From: Tubulanus polymorphus | Taxonomy: Eukaryota > Animalia > Nemertea | DNA: 64,000 nt | Assembly: GCF_964204645.1 (NCBI RefSeq) | Contig: NC_134033.1 | Span: 6,348,231 to 6,412,230, forward strand | Reading direction: 5' to 3' | Shown here: piece after piece, positions 12,861 through 26,600 of the stretch | Position numbering within the stretch: position 1 is the first letter of the stretch | Layout of the letters: each line of letters starts with the position of its first letter | The notes under the pieces: model-generated | What the model saw: the letters and a program-made list of their open reading frames with translations, nothing else | Database searches by the model: none | Told to the model about the DNA's origin: nothing | Translations under genes and position numbers: made by a program

Positions 12861-14147
12861 ATGCCGTTCAATGCGACAGTAGCAGCGAAATGGAACCTTC
12901 AGTTCGAAAAATACCGACGCTTTACCAACATCGTCTATCCTGTAGTGATGGATATTAGGTATTATTTGGTAACCTACCTCGAACAAATTATCAATCATTT
13001 TGCTCTATTTTTCAACCTGTTCACGATTATCGTGTTGTTGAAATGTCGTCGGCGTCACTCTGTTCGCTACACTTTTAGTTATCTGTTCACGCTCGCCGTC
13101 TGCGATTTCATTTACATCTGCACTCAACTGTGCCGCCACGCGCCGTATCGCATCATAAACTGGTTCCTGCAAGACTTGGCTCTTTACCCGGGCTGTCGAC
13201 TCGTAAAACTTAGATTCGGCGGTATGTTCGCCGACGACGAACGTTTCTATTTGCCAAAGGAAAACGCGAATTTCCCGCAGACGATTCATCTTTACTACCG
13301 TCTATATTTCGTATTAAACCTTAAATACCCGACTTGCATTCTGTTCGGCGTATTCAGACCTATAATTTACATAACGAATTGGATTATACTGCTCATAGCG
13401 GGTGAGAGGTATTTTTCTATAAAAGTTCCGTTCATCCACAGGAAGATATTTACGGTTTACAACTGCAGTCGAACGGCTTTGACGGCCGCGTTGGTCGGTT
13501 TCTGTTATTGCGCGGGTTTTTTCGACGCTGCCCTGCGCAACTACCCGTACGAGTTAGAAAGGCGGGTGCCGTTTCGTACTGGGGCAAACCTTACGACGAT
13601 ACGAAGCGAAAAAGTCGTTTTGTGGGTGTGCTCGATGATTCCGCAGTTAAAACTCGGTCGCGTTCAGCAACGAATGGTTTTCTCCATTAATTACATCATC
13701 GGTGAGTTTGTGCCGTCGTGTTTGATCGTCGCCGTATCGCTTGCTACTGCTGCCACCTGGAATAAAATGCCGGCGGTCACCTCGACCGCCACAGCGACGA
13801 CCAATCACAGCAACAAATACGCAAACAAAACGCTTCTCTACGTCACGCTACAATTTCTAATCCTCGTAGCACCGTATACGTTTTGTATTTCGATCAATAT
13901 GATCGGCACTTATTTAGTTCCGCGCCGACCAAATGTCTACCTCATTCCGCCCGAAGTTCCATTTTTCGTCATGAACCTCACGACCATTGTCGGTCGCGCG
14001 TTGCAATTCTTTCGGAAACTGGTGTACTGCGTGAATTTTTTCATCTATCTGCACACGATGCCCGTTTTCCGAGAAACGTTCAAGAGAATTTTCACCGATG
14101 CTGCTCCCGTTGCTTGTGCGCGCTCTTCGGATAAAAAGTTTCTTTAA
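12861..14147 (+). CDS. Intronless rhodopsin-family (class A) GPCR, FMRFamide-receptor-like / chemosensory-expansion type
   Basis: Seven hydrophobic segments; YLFTLAVCD (TM2), AGERYFSIKVPF (DRY variant), YCVNFFIY (NPxxY variant) and FRETF (helix 8). The likely start is ATG 12861 (MPFNAT, an N-glycosylation sequon); the ORF track extends it to a GTG at 12729. Confidence 0.88.
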   Translation: MPFNATVAAKWNLQFEKYRRFTNIVYPVVMDIRYYLVTYLEQIINHFALFFNLFTIIVLLKCRRRHSVRYTFSYLFTLAVCDFIYICTQLCRHAPYRIINWFLQDLALYPGCRLVKLRFGGMFADDERFYLPKENANFPQTIHLYYRLYFVLNLKYPTCILFGVFRPIIYITNWIILLIAGERYFSIKVPFIHRKIFTVYNCSRTALTAALVGFCYCAGFFDAALRNYPYELERRVPFRTGANLTTIRSEKVVLWVCSMIPQLKLGRVQQRMVFSINYIIGEFVPSCLIVAVSLATAATWNKMPAVTSTATATTNHSNKYANKTLLYVTLQFLILVAPYTFCISINMIGTYLVPRRPNVYLIPPEVPFFVMNLTTIVGRALQFFRKLVYCVNFFIYLHTMPVFRETFKRIFTDAAPVACARSSDKKFL

Positions 14148-14845
14148 CGGTTCAGGCGATATGTTCAAATTCGTCATGTCTGGCACTTTCAAGCCGATGA
14201 ACCAATCTATATGATGAGGTCTCGCTGGGCTCGCCAGATAACGGAGTTATCTACATGACAACGATTTCTATAATTTAATTAATATCAGTAGTTTAGAACT
14301 TTTAGAACTACTATTCATTCGTTTGAAATTGTGTTATTGCGCTCGTTGTAAAAATGTAAATGTAAATATTATTGTATGCCTTTTCTCTTAATTCCTGTAT
14401 ATAGATATTCTTACTAACAAATTATGACGTCACCTGCATGACCTCTATTTTCGACTTCATGCTACATTTGACGCAATCGACGAACTGAGCCTTTGGTATA
14501 ACGGCTCCTCGTTGTACTTTCATTCAGAGTACGCATTATTTGGGTGGAGGAACTCGACAGACTTCGTAGATTTAATCAATATCCTAGAATTAACGGGTGG
14601 GTTAGAAAATAATAGTGAACAAGAAAAATCGTACAACAACAAAATCAACATTTATTACATCAACCAAAAATCTGTCGATACACATTATATGGGAGTCATA
14701 CAATGCGTGCACATGAAAGGGCGGATGGCGCTTAGTTCAAATGCGTACAGATCTGTTTGAGGGGTCTTAGAAGAGAGCGATTGCATATGTACGCAGTGAA
14801 TACAATCTTAACTAGAAAGAAACTTTAAAAGAGGACGTTCATTTG

Positions 14846-17800
14846 TTTACTTTACTTTACTTTATTTAAAAACTTATTAATTTATAAACTCAGGTCATTT
14901 ACATGACAATTAGAGCGTAATACAAGAAAATTACAAGGAAAACCAAAAATGGTACATGTATGTTTACAGATGGCCGGAAATTTAAGCGAATGTTTTCATA
15001 ACAGTTGATACAAGTACACAAATCTTTTAATACATATTCATTTTTCTGTTGCATTAAAGGTCTGAATTTGAAGGGATTTGGATTAATCCAAAAATATTGG
15101 GGGATTAGGCGAATTCTTACATCGCTAAAATAAATACAACAAAAAAGATAATGATATTCATCACCGACACCATTGTTACATAGGGTGCAAATACGTCCCT
15201 CTCTATCTGTCTTGTCCCACCTCCCAGTTTCAACCGGAAACTTGTGATTACATGTTCTAAATTTAGTCAGGTTTATGATAAGGTTGTCTGGTATATTAGA
15301 TATTAGGTATGGTTCTAGTACTAAATCATGTTTGAATGAACCGTAAAACGAGCCTTTTGAAGAGATGGAACCTAAAAAACAACTTCTCCATTCTTGCAAA
15401 AATTGATCCTTTAATCTCTGGCGAAGGGATACTTTTAGCCACTTTCGGTTTGGAAATAATTGGCTATCCCAAATGTTGTTTAAACCAACAGTATATAAAA
15501 TGTTTTGATATTTTGCAACCATTTACAATTGGGTAGGCCATAAAGAGCTTGATAGATTGCACCCGATATATTACCTTGACGGGTTGTAATAAGAGTTGAC
15601 CAATAGTCAATAATTCGAGATTTGACTATAAAAGAAAGAGGTAATTTTCCTGACTCACCGTAGAGCATGTATAGAGGAGTGCTTTTTCTAAGGCGTAAAA
15701 CCCGACGTAAAAATTCAGTATGGACACGCTCAATGATGTCTAGGTTGGAAAATCCCCAGATCTCACAACCGTAAAGCATGATAGGAACTACTGTTTCATC
15801 AAATAATTTAAACTGGCAATCTAATGGTAAATCTAGTGAATATATTCTAATATACAAGACATTCAACGCTTTTTTTGCTTGGTCAACCAACAGTTTCTTG
15901 CCTTCTAGGAAACTTCGATTTTGTTTGAATTTGATACCTAGATATTTATAATCAGCTACTATATCTACATTTTGATTACCCATATGAAAGTGGAAGTTTC
16001 CTATACCTCTTGTTCCAAAAACAACAATTTTGGTCTTTTTAACATTAACCTTAAGCTTCCATAAAGTACAATAATCATAAAAGTTGTCTAATTGTGCTGA
16101 AAGTCGGTTGCATTATCTGCCAACACAATAGTATCATCTGCGTAGAGCAGTTCTAAAAGGTTCATATAGGTATCGATTACTTCATCCTCTAAGATGATAC
16201 CTCTACATGTTTTACTAATTAGATAATCCTCTAAATCATTTAAATACAAGGAAAATAACAGTGGTGATAAATTTTCGCCTTGTCTGACCCCTTTACCACA
16301 TGGGAAAAGACCAGATACTAAACCATTTACTTTGATACAAGATTTAACACCTTTGTATAGGTTTTTGATAACATTGAACACTTTACCATCAATTCCATTA
16401 TTTAGAAGTTTTTTCCAAAGGCCCGCCCTCCAAACGGTGTCAAAAGCCTTGGAAAAATCAATAAAGGCGCAAAAAAGCTTCTTTTTCTTTTCTTTCATCA
16501 ACTCCATTAGACCATATAAAATAAACATGTTGTCCAGGGTTGAGTAACCACGCCGAAACCCTGCCTGGTTACCTTTGAGAATATTTGCATATTCCACATA
16601 GTCTGTTAACCTTTGATTTATAACACCTGTGAAAAGTTTACCCATACAACTCAAGATTGTTATGGGCCTATAATGTTCTGCTAGTTTCTTATCCCCTCCT
16701 TTATAAATTGGGCAAATTATACCTTCGAGCCACGAATCAGGTAATATTCCCGAATCTAGAACAGTATTAAATAAATATACATATATAGGAATCATTTCAT
16801 ACTTTGTAGCTTTAATGTGTTCATTAAGAATTTTATCTAGGCCTGATGCCTTCCCAAGTTTAAGCTGACTTATGGCCTTCGTGACTTCGAGCTCTGTTAT
16901 TGGACCATTGATAAGGCCGTTTATATTATCATCGTCAATCATGTCGATATCCAAATTTTCATCATCGTCTTCTTTTTTTATGTCTTTAAAATATTCGAGA
17001 AATTCTTGGATGGGGAGGGAAGTTGCTGACGCCTTGGGGTTTAATGAGTTAATTAACTTACAATACAATTTAGGATTCTTTGAACTCATTGTTCGGATAT
17101 CATTCCGGACTTTCTTTTTATGCTGTCGTACGTGTTTATTAATAACCTTTTTATATCGCTTGCTAACCTCGGACAGGCGTCCTTTTGTGAAAGGGTTTTT
17201 ATCTTTGTTATATGATCTCCGCGATAAATGATAGTGTCGTCTTGCATTTCGACATTCAGCCCCAAACCAAGGCTTGTTAGATCGGGTTTCGGCTCTGGGT
17301 TTTTGCTTTTTTGGGAAAGTCTTCATACTGGCGTTCTCGAATGCCCCCGAGATTGCAGTAGCTAATTCGTTTACATGATCTCTATTAACTACTGTAGGAT
17401 GACTTTGAATTATTTGTTTTAAATTATGTGTATATAAGTTATCAATGAAATTGGTGCTCTTTTCTCGGCGCCATGGCAGTTTGACAGGTGCGGCCTTGAC
17501 GTCTGCGGCGTTACTGAATTTGTTTGCCTCGGTTATATTAACACATATTTCAAATTCAATAGGACAATGTACATCCGATAATAGTGCTGAAAACTCAATC
17601 ACTTTAAAGCTACTCAAAAATTCAAAAGAACATGGCGTTACAATCAGATAGTCTACAACAGAATACATTTTTACACGTGGGTGATCCGACATCTTTGTCG
17701 TGACTAAATCTTCCATTTGCAATCACTAAGTTATTACTCTTACAAACGTCTAACAGCTTAAACCCATAATTTTTCATGGAAAGATCTTGATTCGCACGAT

Positions 17801-19150
17801 TTAATGGAATATTATATAAAAGAGAGTCTGAAATATTGTCTTCGTCGTTTAAATCGCCAATATCGAAATGGTCGACAATAAAGTTATCATAAAGAGTATA
17901 ATCAGGTTTATTGCTCGTTCTTGAATTGAAATCTCCCATTAAAATAATGTTCTCATACAAAGATTTCTATTCAGTAATTTCATTCTGTATAACGTCCCAG
18001 TCATCCATGGGTGCATATAAAGACCCCTCAGGTGGCATATAGACCATACCTATAGCTAAATCATTTATAGATCCAGGAAGTACAACTTTCGATAAGGTAC
18101 ACCACAAAACAATTTCTGATTTCATCGGTTGGATTGTTATGTACTTGGATAAATTTTCACGAACTAAGATAGCGATTCCACCAGAGGCCCTTATACATAA
18201 TTTTCTGTTATTACAAAAAATTTTAAAATGAGGGATATTAAGTTTTATATTATCTCTCAGTTTCGTTTCACATAATCCGACAATGTCATAGCTATCAATA
18301 GTCCAGAAATTCAGGATAGTTTAATCTACTCTGTAAACCGCACACATTTAATGCACAGACTTTCAGTTGACAAGAGTTTATTACATGATCCTATGCGTTG
18401 TCCATAGCTTCTAATACTGTTCTCGTTTCACTCATGATTTCGCTTAATGCTGGTGCGCGCAGCTCGGAAGTGCTAGGAATGTTTGGTACATCTTCACTGG
18501 CTCTGGTCTCTCGAACGGGAGTTTCTTTCTGTGGTAGGGTAACTGTTTGTGTCGCGTTGTCCGGCTGGGTCACTGCCACTGATCGAAGAGTTTTGTCGAG
18601 GCTTTCTTGAGGTATACCATCGTTTAGCATATCATCAACTGAGGGCATAGGACGTCGGCTAGGGACAGAACGCCTACTGTGACCAGTCAACTGTAGTTTC
18701 CCATCTATGACTTGATAAATCGATCCATCGCGGATCAATTTATCGTATGTTACGAACGCGTTTGCACTAGGGTTCTCCCCTTTGATACGGTTGAGTTCCT
18801 GAAACAATAATCTTCTTCTATAGCGCAATTCGTAGGGGTAGTCCTCAACCACTCGCATGGTTTTATCGCGGCCGTTATACCGTGCCTGGGAAACTAGTTG
18901 TCGGTCTTTGAAATCTCTAAATTTCGCGGTTATAGAACGCGGCTGTTTACCAGGGTTACAATGTACTCTCTGGAATACAATATCATCGACTTGAGGTTTT
19001 GGCAGCTGGAAATTGTCCACTAAGATATTGCGAACTGTTCTTTCAGCATCCTCGCTGGAGGTTTCATCTAATCCTAAAAACACAAGTTTATCGCGACGTG
19101 ATCGGGCTTCTTGGTCAATAACGCGCTCCTCCAGTAATTTGAACCGGGCA
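14846..19150 (-). mobile_element. Non-LTR retrotransposon (LINE), RTE-X-like, two ORFs, decayed
   Basis: ORF1 (18391-19146) is L1-type RRM/CTD-like (EARSRRDKLVFLGLDE, FQRVH, PRSITAKF, VEDYP). ORF2 has APE motifs (ALNVCGL, GLCETK, SGGIAILV, MGDFNSRT, VDYLI, SDVH), RT motifs (YRPITILSCMGKLF, FIDFSKAFD, GVRQGENLSP, YADD) and a C-terminal CTLC...DEYHYLFCC knuckle. The 3' tail is AATAAA(GTAAA)3 at 14846-14866. The clade is inferred from this architecture; the 5' end and TSD were not found. Confidence 0.9.
14990..18370 (-). pseudogene. LINE ORF2 (APE endonuclease-RT-CCHC), broken by several frameshifts
   Basis: Homology switches frame between ORFs 17622-17960, 16088-17722, 15480-15983 and 14899-15522. 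For example FQHN* continues as LDNFYDYCTLWKLKVN in another frame. Confidence 0.85.
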
Positions 19151-20607
19151 TTTTCTGCACTAGTGTTTGTGAAACGCATGTGGACCCAGACACCTCCCAC
19201 ATTGATTGGAAAATTTGAATACCGGCTATTCAAGTGTCATCCTACTGCGTAATTCAAAAATTATTCTTTGGGATTCAAAAATCGAGGAATCAACCATATA
19301 TTCTGCCATAAGTTTTACATTTATTAAAAAAATTGAGTAGGAGGCCGGTGAAGGTTTTAACGTTTTAAGTTAGTTCTCATGAGACTGAATGCAAGTGGAT
19401 TTAGGGGTTGGACTAGTCCTACCCTTCAGAATTTGAATGTGCCCGCCAAAAAGTATTTGAATAAATTTTCTAAGCAAAAATAAATCCAAATGGCATGAAA
19501 TACCCCTTTCGGTCCTATATATTCGGAGGGCCAGAGGAACCCCACCAATGTTTGCCTTGCACTTAGATAACCATAAAATAAAAGTAGTCAGGAAGTCTCT
19601 TTTAAGGTGAGTGTCAACATATATGGTAACTTAACTTAATTCCTTGTGAGTGCACAGAGGCCCTGTGAGAATCTAGAGACGTTCGCAGCATTGAAAATTA
19701 CGCAATGGTCCGCTCGACACGCACACACACGCTGTCAGTTTGACCTACGTGACTAAATACAGCCGCCATGAATCAGAAGCAATCCACTAATTTTATGAAG
19801 TGAATATCATAATTATTATAATAATAATACTAATCTTTATTTACATTGAAATTATAACATAATATAACGTTTCCTTTTGAAAATACCGATTTTCCAGATT
19901 CAAGAACCTGTCTACTCGGCATTCCAGATTTGGCAAACCTTCTATTCGGCATTCGCCGACACCAGAGCCAGTTTCCAATAGCCAGTTGCCAGTTTACACA
20001 TGGGACTATAACCATGACTTTGGCCGTGACCATGACGAACATAACATTCTTGTTTTCCACATCATTAATATAGACTAGACTGGTGCCCGGTCAATCAATA
20101 CATTCAAATCCAAAATAGCTCCATTGATACTTAAAATTTACTGAAATGCACTGATTACTGTAATGAAGTCCAATTGTGGTGATAAAATATATTAGTTAGT
20201 GTATGAGTGTGAGCTAAAAAAGGGTTAGTTCGAAATCAATCTAAAAACTAATGGGCGAATTGAACAGATTAAGCAAAAATATATTTCATAATTTTTTTTC
20301 TTTATGGTGCGCAGAGTTGAAAGCCGTGGGTTTCACATTTTTAGGGAAATTAACCAAAAAGTGTCAAAAAGACGAATTTTTTTAGCACGTTTTTTATGCA
20401 GCATCTTTAATTGTCCAAAATAACACATGTGAAAATTCAATGCTATTTGCGTCGAACTGTATCTCGTCAAGATCTGATGCTTTGTTTGATAGTTATGGGC
20501 TTTCAAAGACGAAACCTCCCAAAATTTCGGTTATGTATAATTTGTGTTGACCCGGTTTGAACTCCATCAAGCATCATTCAAATGACCAAACTCAATAACG
20601 AAAATTG

Positions 20608-20664
20608 CGGGTTCGAACCCGAGACGATAACGATGGTAGCTGATGCCGCGCAAATATGGCGGCG
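20608..20664 (+). promoter_or_regulatory. UBXN7 proximal promoter/5'UTR: palindromic B-box-like site and a YY1-like motif over the start codon
   Basis: Perfect palindrome cgggttcgaacccg (20608-20621); aaatATGgcggcg at the ATG; local CpG enrichment. Confidence 0.45.
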
Positions 20665-23600
20665 AACGCGGCATTGATGGAGAGCGGTGAAAATATTAAT
20701 CAGGAGCTCGTTCAACAGTTCTGCGCTATAACTGGTACGTGACTACAATTAGTATATATCCCTGATTACTGTAACTATACACCGATCACATTCGCGAGTA
20801 GATCTAATTCATCGACTCCGTTTGAATTCATATTTTTCGCCGACTGTTGATATATTTAGTACCGATCGCTACCACCAGCTGGCAATGGCGGAGGTTATTG
20901 CGCGAAATTTCCTTTTAGCGGTGGATCCACGATTCCATGGAGAAGGGGTGCACAAATCCAAAGAGAGGGGTCTGGGGGTCCTCTCCAGAATATTTTTAAA
21001 AATTGGTCCTTAAAATTAGATGCGCAGGGACGCGTTCTGGCCTGGGCACGATCGATCAGAGACAGGCATCACGCTGTCACTGGGCTGTCGTATTTATTTC
21101 CGGTAATGGGATATATTCCCAAACCAAAAGCTACCCTCCGTCGCAACCTGCTCTCTGTGCGACATTTTGGTCCATAATTTCGTTAATAATCGGTTTATCT
21201 CTTAATGTTATGCATCAATTTGTTCAGTAAGGAATTTGCATTCAGAAACAAAGCATGAAGTGGCATTTGATTTGTTTGTAAATTTTCATCTATCAGCAGT
21301 AGTTTTCCTAGCATACGCTCGGGTAATGCTGAAAAACGGCTTTTATGGCCCATCACGTGGCGCCACCTACTTTTTTTTGATATACTATTAAGCAGGTGAT
21401 GACGTCACTGTAACGTTTCCGATTGTCCGCGGAGCGGATTTTTCAGCATTACATGAGCGTAGGCCTATATGCTGAGTAAACTATCGCTCATAAATGACAA
21501 CAAAAACAACTTTAGTAAAAATTGTTGTTTATTTCTGAAGTCCTCACTGAACAAGTTGTTGCGTATTAAAGGTAGATAAACTGTTTATTAACGAAATTAC
21601 GGACCAAAACGTCGCACGGAGAGCAGGTGTGACAGACAGTAATTGAATTTTTCCAATTTGACAAGAAAACTCCCAATGAACTCTGGTTTTAAAACATATA
21701 ATTTCTATTTGTTATGATGTTGTAAGCATCGTTAAAATGCAAACAAGTTCTCTACAATTAATGTAAGCATACACCGACAAAGTGACTGGAGACAACTAGT
21801 TGCTAGTGTAGTGAGCGAGTACCCTGCTCACATCGAAAATCTAATGAAAACAGCAACTGCGTGCCGTGGCTCATGCTGGTCGCTAGGTCCAAAGCGCACG
21901 CATCGACAGCAACTGAGATGTGTAATCTAGCAAATATTCTCGGGGCATCTCGAATCAAGTGACAAATTGCTTTGTTTTGGTCAGTTGCAACCATGTGTTT
22001 TTGATTATCGAGCGCCCACATCGACGGATATGATCGACACGTTCGAGCAACTGATTGTATCCAGCCAGTTGCTCTCATGTGCCGAAAACTGCCCGGCAAC
22101 TAGTTGTCTCCAATCGCAGTGTCGATGTAGACTAGGCTTTACGTTACCAGCTTTTGTATAGTCACTAAGAATGAATGGCAGCTTTTTGGAACACTGCCAG
22201 TTTCCCGGAAAACTTTAACTAGGCCACACGTCAAGGCATGTTTTCGCATGATGCACACTTGACTTCAAACATACGTAGCTCATCATAGTAGTCGGTCGGA
22301 CGTTTTATTAAAAGATAATTTCAATGAATCCCAGGAAAAAGTTTTCACTCCGTAAATTTGAAGTCGGATCGGTCGGGTTACGGCAAACAGACCATTATTT
22401 TGGGATGGCCTTACGATTTTTGAAATATCGCTTCGCGGCTCGCTTGTCAACGAATTGATATAATTACCTGCCCCGAAATGGTGTGATTTCAGTGAGCTAG
22501 CATTAATAACCCCAATGACTGTTGACAAAAATTTGACAAGCGAGCCGAGAAGTGGCAAAGCTCGGCCGCGAGTGGGGGGAGGGGTATCCCTCTCTTTAGG
22601 CCTAATTCTTACGCGGCTCGAAGACCTTGAATTTGCTGAAACGATGTGAGGGTAATCAGTGCATAAAACTAATCAAATTTTTGTCAACAGTCATTGGGGT
22701 TATTAATGCTGGTCAAATTGTCCTCTAGTTTGTATTAAATGTTGAAATTGACAAGAAATTTTATTTTTCCTCCTCAAATTGAGTGGGTCATGAAACATTG
22801 TTCCAGTAAATATTCTTAACAAACCCATCCAATGGTGTCTGGTTAAAAAATTGTGACGATTTCGAGACAAAATCAACTTTCTAGTAAAGATCTCATTAAC
22901 CCATAAATAACCCATTGTAATGAATTGCTGATGACATTTCGATTCTAAAACAGCAATATTTAATGTAATTCATTGAACCATTTATGAGAGGTGCAGATCT
23001 GCACTTTTACCGAGCTTTGACCTTGTTAGTTTGTTAAAAATGATACAATTTACCGTAATCTACGATAAAAACTCCCCTGGGGTCGCCATCTTATTTATCC
23101 ATGATGCAGCTGTTTTACCCATGATCCAATGATCGTCAGCCTTTTAACTATGAGCTTACTATACAGAAAGGCTGGAAATGCTCCTATCTCTGTAATGTTT
23201 AAATCTACCTGAAAATATCAGGACGAAGAGACATTCGGTTATTTACGACAGAGTGCTCATGCCCCACCATCTGGTGGGCGTACTTCTGCCATACTATTCA
23301 AAAATCAATTTTTTTCCCAGTTAAAATCTTTAACGGAGCTAAAACATTTCCAAAAAATCATCTACAATTGATATCATGGGCGCTCCTTATATTTCAGGAT
23401 TTAAATTGACACCTCTGAACGAACTTCAGCAATCGTCGGCAGCGTTCGGTTGTCCCGATATTTGCAGGTAGATTTAAGCATTACGGAGTGTTTCCTGCCT
23501 AATAGTAGTAATAATAGTAAATTTCCTGCCTAATAATCCTAGTAATAACATATCGCTGGTGAATTATTAGATATTTATCCATTATCAAGTGCCTGTGTCC

Positions 23601-26600
23601 TTACCCTTCAAGATCTCCCCTTCTCTCGTGGTGTTAGGGAGCATCCATAAAACCCTATGGAAAGCCTGTTGTCTTTGTTGCCGTTAGTAGATTGATTGGG
23701 TGTTTCACTCACTCATTGAGAATGCGAAGGTGCTGCCTCAGTCGGGATAGCTATTCTGTCCCTCTCTTGTGCCCACAATGTATTCGCTCCTTTCTTCATC
23801 CTTCACAATCAGAACTGAAAATTTAGAACAATGCGTTACAGTGCCAGCACCGCTATCCCATTCAATCCTATCTGGAATGCTGATAAAACAAGATGGTGGC
23901 TCTTTCAACCCCAGAAAATTAGATGGCGAGATTGAAGAGGGTTAGAGTCTTGAGGGTTATGGTTAGGGTTACGGTGTCTCTACATCGTGTCAACACGGAT
24001 ATAGTGTTCTATCAATCGTGATTAGGATTTTAAGGTTTAGGGTTATGCCTAGGATTAAGTTATGCACTGTAATTAATAGGATAACTTAGGATAAGGCAAT
24101 AAGTAGTGAAAAAGTTTGAACCCAATGGTTAAAGCACTGCGTTGAACCCCAATTTTCTTGGTTTTATTACTACTTGGAATTCACGAAATACAGCAGACTC
24201 TGCAGTGCCAGCACTGGAAATCAAGATCACAGTACCAGAAGCCCTACTGAACTCTAGGCACGGCGAATTAAAAAGGCTAAGGTTGCTTCCATGACAAAAG
24301 AGTTAGAATTGTATTAATAATAATCTGTATAAAGGCAGTCATCTCGAAGGATTTATTGGATACTATGACTTCAACGATGTCATGTGTGGATTTTTGTAAT
24401 GTAGGCAGCCATCTCTTCTGGATGTGTTTTAAATCCTACACCATTCCAGATGATGTCTAGGCAGTATCTATTTAGGCAGAGATTGTGATTATTTTGTAGG
24501 TGCGACGGAAACAGTGGCAATCGGTCTGTTAGAAGCATGTAACAGTAATTTGGAGTTAGCGATAGGGATGCACATGGATAATGACGGCGGGAACATAGCT
24601 GGAGGGGCAGAGGTTGGATCAGATTCTTCACCACTACCGGCGTCTGCTTCAAACACCGCTAGCGCCACCAGTAGTTCCTCAAATTCATTAGCTGGTGACA
24701 GGTACGTCAGCACAACATTTTGATTTAAAAAAGCTATCAAATGGGCTTTTGGGTATTCTTGCTAGATTTTTCTAGTAGGCCAATCAATGAAGACGTGGTG
24801 AATAATATTGTGGCAATAGAGGATTCTACTTGCGACAAGTTAAGTTTGTATATCCAATCTCTTTTAACGCCATATGTTCCAATGTTCCAATATGTTCTTA
24901 ATGTAAGGGATAACCTTTCACTCGCACTAATTGGACTTCGCATAACTGGAATTTCCTTAGTGATCAACGGTTCAACCATCGCCAATATATCATAGAATGA
25001 TTCCCTGTCAATTCGATGGAATGCTTTGAATTGGGCAGGATCTTCGACATTTAACTCTTGGATCAAGTTATTATACATCCCTTGAGCATTCCTGCGCAAA
25101 ATCCACTGGCGACTCCAACAAGTACGCTGCGAAGTCCTCAATTTTCGTTTGTTTCGACGGGACAGAAGCCAAACTACAAGGGAAGGGCTGTTTCTTCATC
25201 TTCCGATGACGACGACGACGACGATTCACTCATGGCTGCCATTTTCGGATGAGTGGTGGTCATGTGAACGACACACTTGCCGCAGTAGCTTTCGCGCAGC
25301 GTCGTTTTCGGCTCGTGTGCGGGCGCCGTATTTCTGCGCCAAATGCGTACGCATTTGGCGCTCGTGTCCTGGGGCCTTAAGGATACACCACGTTTACTCA
25401 AAGCCTGGTGTTACTGTTGCAATCGAGGATTATATCAATGGCTAGTGAGAATCATTTACGATTCCACTCATGGCAAGTGAGGATCCACCAAATTTGCTAG
25501 TTACTTATGATAACCTGGTAATATAACTAGCAATCAAGGATTCCACTTACTGGTGAGTGAAGTCTTTGACCAATGCGTCGCTAGTTGTTACTCAGTCTTC
25601 TTTTACATTTCAATAGAAAATGACTTAAAGCTGAAATTGAATTAATTCATTAGATCCTCTGTAATACGGACATACAGGTGGCTTCATGTTAAGTGTAGGC
25701 CCTATCTATTGAATGATATTGTAGCCAATTCTTAAGTTTGGCAGATAAAGATATATTCGACCGATATTTTCAGCGACTTTGTTCGAGCTCCGATTCCCCA
25801 AAAACGTGAAGTTCTCGTTGAGGCACCACAGTCATATGGTAAGTTTGAGGTTTATTTGATACAAAAAAAATGGATGAACGTTTACATTTTCAATGATGTC
25901 ATGAAAAGGGTTGCCACTGGAAAACTCACGGAATCAGAATCTAGAAAAAAATCTGGAAATTTTACAAATTTTGCCAAAGACGACGTGACAAACGTTAAAA
26001 AAAATTCGGATTATCTATTGACCATGCATTTCTTTATCAGTACGTGATTCAATGAAAATGAATAAGTTAAAACATTTTGAATTTAGATATATCTCTGATT
26101 CACTCAGGAATTTTGTGTAATCACATGGAAAAATCATGGAAAGCTCGACGGGATATGTAATTGGTTGAAAGTGGTCACCGTGACAAAGAGTGTGTTGATA
26201 ATTGCTTCGATGTCATTGTTTTTTGCAGGTGTAAAACGTAGACGACCAGCGCGTTCGGTGTTCGATGGGTTTCGAGATTTCCAAGCAGAAGCCAGTGAGT
26301 CCATACATTAGTCCTCTATATGATATACATGTATTTCCAAACTCTTATGAATTCATCCAGGCATCAATCTGCAGGCAGGAACAGTCCCTTCTAGGGGTGG
26401 ATCCTGGATTCTGGTGGAGCTTATGGGAAAAGAGCACACGCATTGAATATAGGGTCATTATTAACATGCATTTGTGGCACTTAATTGGTGAAAGCTCCAA
26501 AAGGGGGATTTGGATAAATTAGCTACATATTGTTGCATTCTGAGTTCAATACTTTCCTCATTAAATTCACAATTTCACTTTTCTAAACAAAAGTCTTTAG

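Noticed and set aside
23940-24100. Telomere-like TTAGGG variants
   Set aside because: Only scattered degenerate units inside an old repeat, not an interstitial telomere array.
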